A stretch of DNA of 64,000 nucleotides. It comes from Camelus ferus. Its lineage: Eukaryota. Of this stretch, positions 63,461 to 64,000 are shown piece by piece; position 1 is the stretch's first letter; every line of letters begins with the position of its first letter. The DNA lies in NCBI RefSeq assembly GCF_009834535.1, contig NC_045697.1, forward strand, positions 51,524,001 to 51,588,000, written 5' to 3'. The position numbers and the translations under genes were made by a program. The notes beneath the pieces were generated by a model, which was not told where the DNA came from, ran no database searches, and saw only the letters and a program-made list of their open reading frames with translations.

Positions 63461-64000
63461 GAGGACTAAAAAGTTTAATGAGATATTGGAAACAACTCAG
63501 ACCTATCCATTTCTGTGATCTGATCATCTGGTGAGAGAATGAAGATGAAAGAATTGTATTAATGTGATGATGTCTACAGTAATAGCATATTAAAGCTCTC
63601 CTACGGCTATATAAAGGGAGGGGTCCCATCCCAACCTGAGCCCAAGTTGCACCTACCACTGAGATTCATGCAAACACAGGAAAATTTATGAAGCGAATAT
63701 ACTGGGTGGTCTGAAGATATCTATTTACATGAGTTGATTAGCATGGAAGAGGTTGACTGCCAAAAAAGAGGAAAATGGGATACAGTAGAGATGCAGAAGG
63801 CAGCAAAGTATCTATTGTGAAAGTATTACTCTCCTCACACAATGTCTGAGACACAAAGAGAGACTTGAAGCAAATCCTAACCTTGAGACAAGCGGAGACT
63901 TGTTGGCAGCACACAGGCATGTGGATATGAAACAGCAGTAGGAAGAATATTCCACTACCAGCAGTTGGAAGAGTACCCCCACCCCCGGCTTAAATATAGC

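Overview
AT-rich, repeat-dense mammalian genomic DNA. A Vic-1-type tRNA-derived SINE at ~57.9 kb and cetartiodactyl-type L1 3' ends point to a camelid (alpaca/llama/camel). I recognise no complete protein-coding gene, RNA gene or CRISPR array. The ORF track is almost entirely decayed L1/CR1 fragments, microsatellite read-through or chance ORFs. A large part of the window is interspersed repeat: L1 of several ages, L2, CR1/L3, MIR, MER41-like, MLT1 and MLT2 solo LTRs, and hAT and Tc1/mariner elements. There is one 100-N assembly gap. Most L1 segments lie on the minus strand, which suggests (inference only) a long intron of a plus-strand gene. The best-supported structural observations are a twin-primed, 5'-inverted L1 (9120-12315), three hAT-Charlie elements stacked end to end with a target-site-like spacer at every junction (26843-28617), and an isolated L1 5'UTR. 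The unique sequence holds candidate elements: a CTCF motif at 24184, paired RFX-like X-boxes at 37822, a CpG-retaining block with splice signals on both strands at 29.0-29.9 kb, and a possible 50-nt exon at 7028. I found no evidence of a novel multi-gene system. Repeat family names come from recalled consensus sequences, not from a database search, and many boundaries are approximate.
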